From assembly GCA_040285825.1 (NCBI GenBank), contig JAUPSS010000005.1:434001-498000 (forward strand): DNA of 64,000 nucleotides. The letters are read 5' to 3'. The stretch comes from Eukaryota sp. TZLM1-RC. Taxonomy: Eukaryota; Protista; Metamonada: BaSk clade. This document shows positions 60,156-64,000 of the stretch, one piece after another (position 1 is the first letter of the stretch; each line of letters opens with the position of its first letter). The notes beneath the pieces are model-generated. The model was not told the origin of the DNA. It saw only the letters and a program-made list of their open reading frames with translations, and searched no databases. Position numbers and translations under genes: made by a program.

Positions 60156-61151
60156 ATGCCTTCTATCTTTCTTGATGTGGATCCTGGGCATGATGATGCA
60201 TTTGCTATCATTCTTGCTGTATATCACCCTTCTTCAGAGCTTCTTGGAATCACAACTGTTGCTGGAAACCAAACCGTCCAAAAAACAGCTCACAATGCCA
60301 AGCGTGTTCTACATCTCATAGGTAAACCAGACATCAAGGTTGTTGCTGGCTGCTCTGGTCCACTCACTGGTTCCCTGCGCATTTGTGATGAGGTTCATGG
60401 TTCTAGCGGGCTTGATGGTACCTCCTGGGAATCCATAGATAAAAACATAGGCTCTACACCCTCTGATATTGTCCCATCCCCATTCGAAGCAGTTACATTT
60501 ATGTATAATTCAATAAAAAATGCTCACGAAAATGGTAAATCTGTTCATCTTGTTGCTACCGGATCATTGACAAATGTTGCTTTGGCCCTTAAAGTGTTCC
60601 CCGACATGCCTACTTACATTGATCAACTCTCAATCATGGGAGGGGCCATCAACTTTGGCAACATTGCTCCCTCAGCAGAGTTTAACATTCTGGTTGACCC
60701 TGTAGCTGCTGATATTGTGTTTAGAGAGGGAGAGTGTCTGGGATTGGCCATGGTGCCATTGGAGGTGACTCATACAGCATTGGTTACGGAAAAAGTGTTG
60801 GAAGGGATGCGAGACCAACTTTCAAATGAGATGTTTGACAAAATTCATGGTTTATTGACTTTTTTTGAATCAACATATAAAGAAGTTTTCAAATTTGATT
60901 CACCACCACTACATGATCCTTGTGCCGTACTCTTCTCTGTTGAACCTAGTCTGTTCAAGGGGAAGAAGTACCACGTGGATATAGAAACCCAAGGTAAGTT
61001 TACTTCCGGTAGAACTTGTGTAGATCTGTTTGAGATGTCTGGTTTGGAGAAGAATTGTTTGGTTTGCGAGGAAATGGAAGTTGAAAGTTTTTGGCAGCGT
61101 ATTACGGATGCTTTGGTTGTCGCTGATAAAAATAAACCTCAATTTATTTAA
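60156..61151 (+). CDS. Inosine-uridine preferring nucleoside hydrolase (IU-NH/Rih family)
   Basis: DVDPGHDD, TTVAGN, VHG..GL, ATGSLTNVA, MGG, AEFNI..DP.AA, PLHDP. ATG at 60156. Confidence 0.93.
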   Translation: MPSIFLDVDPGHDDAFAIILAVYHPSSELLGITTVAGNQTVQKTAHNAKRVLHLIGKPDIKVVAGCSGPLTGSLRICDEVHGSSGLDGTSWESIDKNIGSTPSDIVPSPFEAVTFMYNSIKNAHENGKSVHLVATGSLTNVALALKVFPDMPTYIDQLSIMGGAINFGNIAPSAEFNILVDPVAADIVFREGECLGLAMVPLEVTHTALVTEKVLEGMRDQLSNEMFDKIHGLLTFFESTYKEVFKFDSPPLHDPCAVLFSVEPSLFKGKKYHVDIETQGKFTSGRTCVDLFEMSGLEKNCLVCEEMEVESFWQRITDALVVADKNKPQFI

Positions 61152-61295
61152 TTTTTTTTGTTATTTTAGACTAAAAACAATTATCTTCAGCATCCAAACT
61201 GATTGATAATAACCCAAAGGCAAAAGGGAAAGCTGATTGAAATCAATGTTTTAGAAAAAACAAATCCAAAAACAAAATTTATATAAAGTACAAAA

Positions 61296-64000
61296 CTATT
61301 TAACCCTACGGCGCAATATACGAACAAGACTATCGACAGCCTCCTTATAAATATAACGTCTAGGTTTAGCTCTCTTGTAAAGTTTATCACTGGCATTGTT
61401 AAATTCAAGTTCGCTAGTTTTCTTATTGACATAACTAAACATGACATTGGCCAACTTGCTACCACTTTGCTTGGCTAAATTGATATAATGGCATGCAAAG
61501 CGATCCTTCATGGGGAAATCATAGAGCCCAGCAAAGAAAAGTGCTGCAAGAACGCAGCTAGCACCATGACCCATAGAACCAGCCTTCATATATAAATTTC
61601 GTGATAACTGAAGATTAGAACTACCCCCAGCGAGCTCTTCATCAAAAGCTGCCTTGTAAAGTTGAGAGGCGTCATAATTATCATAAATTTCGGGCACACT
61701 GTACTCAGGACTAGTTAATTGACGCAAGGATGAAGGGGAACTGGCTGAGGATTTGGGACGTTGTTGGCCAAAACCAGCAGCGGCAAGAGGTGACCTTGAT
61801 TGAGGTCGTGAAGTGACTCTTTGGGGCGATCTACTCTTAGCTTTGGAAATTTCATCATATAAGTTGGAAACATTGTCAAACGAGCGATTGACGGGACTTG
61901 CATCGGCACAACTTGGTGGAACGTACGTGGAAGACAACCTTCGTGGGGAAGTCGGAGATTTGGGAGACTTTGGTTGTTCTTGCTGTGGCTTGGGGGTTAG
62001 TGGGTTTGTGCGTGGATTGCTGGGAAGTGATGTGAGATAAGGTGAGGTTGGTTCGGCAATATTGTCAATTGCTTCAGAACGCAAAAGATCTGGCTGAGAT
62101 GCAGTGTGCGCGTTCATCAAACCATTCAACTTAGATAAAACATCAGTTGGCTGGGTAGCAGAATGTTGTGAGGATATGCTTGCTACTGATGACGACCTTG
62201 ATCGTGATTGGAGGGTAGATAGTCGTTTTTGGAAGGAATCAACACCACCAAGGAGAGCCCTGAAATGTTCGTCAAAGGGCTCTAAAGGAACGGTCTCTGT
62301 GGGTTCTTGATCAGAGTGGGTTTCATGTTGTAAGGCTTCATCAGCTGAAACAATAGGTTCCAAGTCATCCAGTGGTATTGGGTCTTCGAATGAACACTCT
62401 GTGATATCGGTTGGAGGCTGATTAGGTTCCATAGCTTCCCGCGACACTTCTTCCACATTATCGGGAAGGGATGGTTCTTCCAAAGCTACTGGTTCTTCGG
62501 AAACAGGTTCCACAGCTTCTATGACTTCCTGGGATACTTCTTCTACATTATCGGGAAGGGATGGTTCTTCCAAAGCTACTGGTTCTTCGGAAACAGGTTC
62601 CACAGCTTCTATGACTTCCTGGGATACTTCTTCTACATTATCGGGAAGGGATGATTCTTCCAAAGCTACTGGTTCTTCGGAAACAGGTTCCACAGCTTCT
62701 ATGACTTCCTGGGATACTTCTTCTACATTATCGGGAAGGGATGATTCTTCCAAAGCTACTGGTTCTTCGGAAACAGGTTCCACAGCTTCTATGACTTCCT
62801 GGGATACTTCTTCTACATTATCGGGAAGGGATGGTTCTTCCAAAGCTACTGGTTCTTCGGAAACAGGTTCCACAGCTTCTATGACTTCCTGGGATACTTC
62901 TTCTACATTATCGGGAAGGGATGGTTCTTCCAAAGCTACTGGTTCTTCGGAAACAGGTTCCACAGCTTCTACGACTTCCTGGGATACTTCTTCTACATTA
63001 TCGGGAAGGGATGGTTCTTCCAAAGCTACTGGTTCTTCGGAAACAGGTTCCACAGCTTCTATGACTTCCTGGGATACTTCTTCTACATTATCGGGAAGGG
63101 ATGGTTCTTCCAAAGCTACTGGTTCTTCGGAAACAGGTTCCACAGCTTCTATGACTTCCTGGGATACTTCTTCCACATAATCGGGAAGGGATGGTTCTTC
63201 CAAAGCTACTGGTTCTTCGGAAACAGGTTCCACAGCTTCTATGACTTCCTGGGATACTTCTTCCACATAATCGGGAAGGGATGGTTCTTCCAAAGCTACT
63301 GGTTCTTCGGAAACAGGTTCCACAGCTTCTACGACTTCCTGGGATACTTCTTCTACATTATCGGGAAGGGATGGTTCTTCCAAAGCTACTGGTTCTTCGG
63401 AAACAGGTTCCACAGCTTCTATGACTTCCTGGGATACTTCTTCCACATTATCGGGAAGGGATGGTTCTTCCAAAGCTACTGGTTCTTCGGAAACAGGTTC
63501 CACAGCTTCTATGACTTCCTGGGATACTTCTTCCACATTATCGGGAAGGGATGGTTCTTCCAAAGCTACTGGTTCTTCGGAAACAGGTTCCACAGCTTCT
63601 ATGACTTCCTGGGATACTTCTTCCACATTATCGGGAAGGGATGGTTCTTCCAAAGCTACTGGTTCTTCGGAAACAGGTTCCACGGCTTCTATGACTTCAT
63701 GGGATACTTCTTCTACATTATCGGTAAGGGACGGTTCTTCTAAAGCTACTGGTTCTTCGGAAACAGGTTCCACAGCTTCTATGACTTCCTGGGATACTTC
63801 TTCTACATTATCGGGAAGGGATGGTTCTTCCAAAGCTACTGGTTCATCGGAGACAGGTTCCACAGCTTCTATGACATCCTGGGATACTTCTTCCACACTA
63901 TCGAGAAGGGATGATTCTTCCAAAGCTACTGGTTCTTCGGAAACAGGTTCCACAGCTTCTATGACTTCCTGGGACACTTCTTCTACATTATCGGGAAGGG
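61296..64000 (-). CDS. Large acidic repeat protein with Ser/Pro-rich linker and C-terminal SEL1-like repeat; 5' end lies outside the window
   Basis: The frame is open to the window edge. It has a 30-aa repeat (SQEVIEAVEPVSEEPVALEEPSLPDNVEEV) and C-terminal LYMKAGSMGH..S...LA.LF... Confidence 0.8.
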   Translation of the reverse strand, partial: LPDNVEEVSQEVIEAVEPVSEEPVALEESSLLDSVEEVSQDVIEAVEPVSDEPVALEEPSLPDNVEEVSQEVIEAVEPVSEEPVALEEPSLTDNVEEVSHEVIEAVEPVSEEPVALEEPSLPDNVEEVSQEVIEAVEPVSEEPVALEEPSLPDNVEEVSQEVIEAVEPVSEEPVALEEPSLPDNVEEVSQEVIEAVEPVSEEPVALEEPSLPDNVEEVSQEVVEAVEPVSEEPVALEEPSLPDYVEEVSQEVIEAVEPVSEEPVALEEPSLPDYVEEVSQEVIEAVEPVSEEPVALEEPSLPDNVEEVSQEVIEAVEPVSEEPVALEEPSLPDNVEEVSQEVVEAVEPVSEEPVALEEPSLPDNVEEVSQEVIEAVEPVSEEPVALEEPSLPDNVEEVSQEVIEAVEPVSEEPVALEESSLPDNVEEVSQEVIEAVEPVSEEPVALEESSLPDNVEEVSQEVIEAVEPVSEEPVALEEPSLPDNVEEVSQEVIEAVEPVSEEPVALEEPSLPDNVEEVSREAMEPNQPPTDITECSFEDPIPLDDLEPIVSADEALQHETHSDQEPTETVPLEPFDEHFRALLGGVDSFQKRLSTLQSRSRSSSVASISSQHSATQPTDVLSKLNGLMNAHTASQPDLLRSEAIDNIAEPTSPYLTSLPSNPRTNPLTPKPQQEQPKSPKSPTSPRRLSSTYVPPSCADASPVNRSFDNVSNLYDEISKAKSRSPQRVTSRPQSRSPLAAAGFGQQRPKSSASSPSSLRQLTSPEYSVPEIYDNYDASQLYKAAFDEELAGGSSNLQLSRNLYMKAGSMGHGASCVLAALFFAGLYDFPMKDRFACHYINLAKQSGSKLANVMFSYVNKKTSELEFNNASDKLYKRAKPRRYIYKEAVDSLVRILRRRVK
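62446..64000 (-). repeat. Coding 90-bp tandem repeat, about 17 copies in the window
   Basis: Near-identical 90-bp units, with a few substitutions in the edge units. Confidence 0.97.

Noticed and set aside
62521-63180. Ser/Thr-rich 219-aa plus-strand ORF
   Set aside because: It is the antisense shadow of the 90-bp repeat and is broken by single substitutions.

Overview
This is AT-rich eukaryotic (protist-like) DNA, not prokaryotic. It has GT-AG introns of only 28-31 nt and eukaryote-specific genes. About a quarter of the window is intact host coding sequence: an HMG-box protein, a Rad21/Rec8 kleisin, RPL37, RPL5, VPS15, DBP7, NOP2, NAE1, a LanC-like protein, a nucleoside hydrolase and an acidic 30-aa-repeat protein. 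Most of the rest is nested transposon debris. At least six families of CRE-like non-LTR retrotransposons (RT + CCHC + restriction-like endonuclease) are present; I label them A-F by their C-termini. Eight of these insertions have readable 10-16 bp target-site duplications (TSDs) at unrelated target sites. The highlights are: (i) two unrelated Fanzor (eukaryotic TnpB, RNA-guided nuclease family) relics, one followed by a two-hairpin candidate omegaRNA, each ending just upstream of a host gene; (ii) a two-family retrotransposon chimera inside one TSD, consistent with RT template jumping; (iii) a 1476-bp tandem array carrying a protein-kinase fragment; (iv) an A-rich-only insertion with its own TSD. 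All translations and alignments were done by eye. Some homopolymer frameshifts could be assembly errors.
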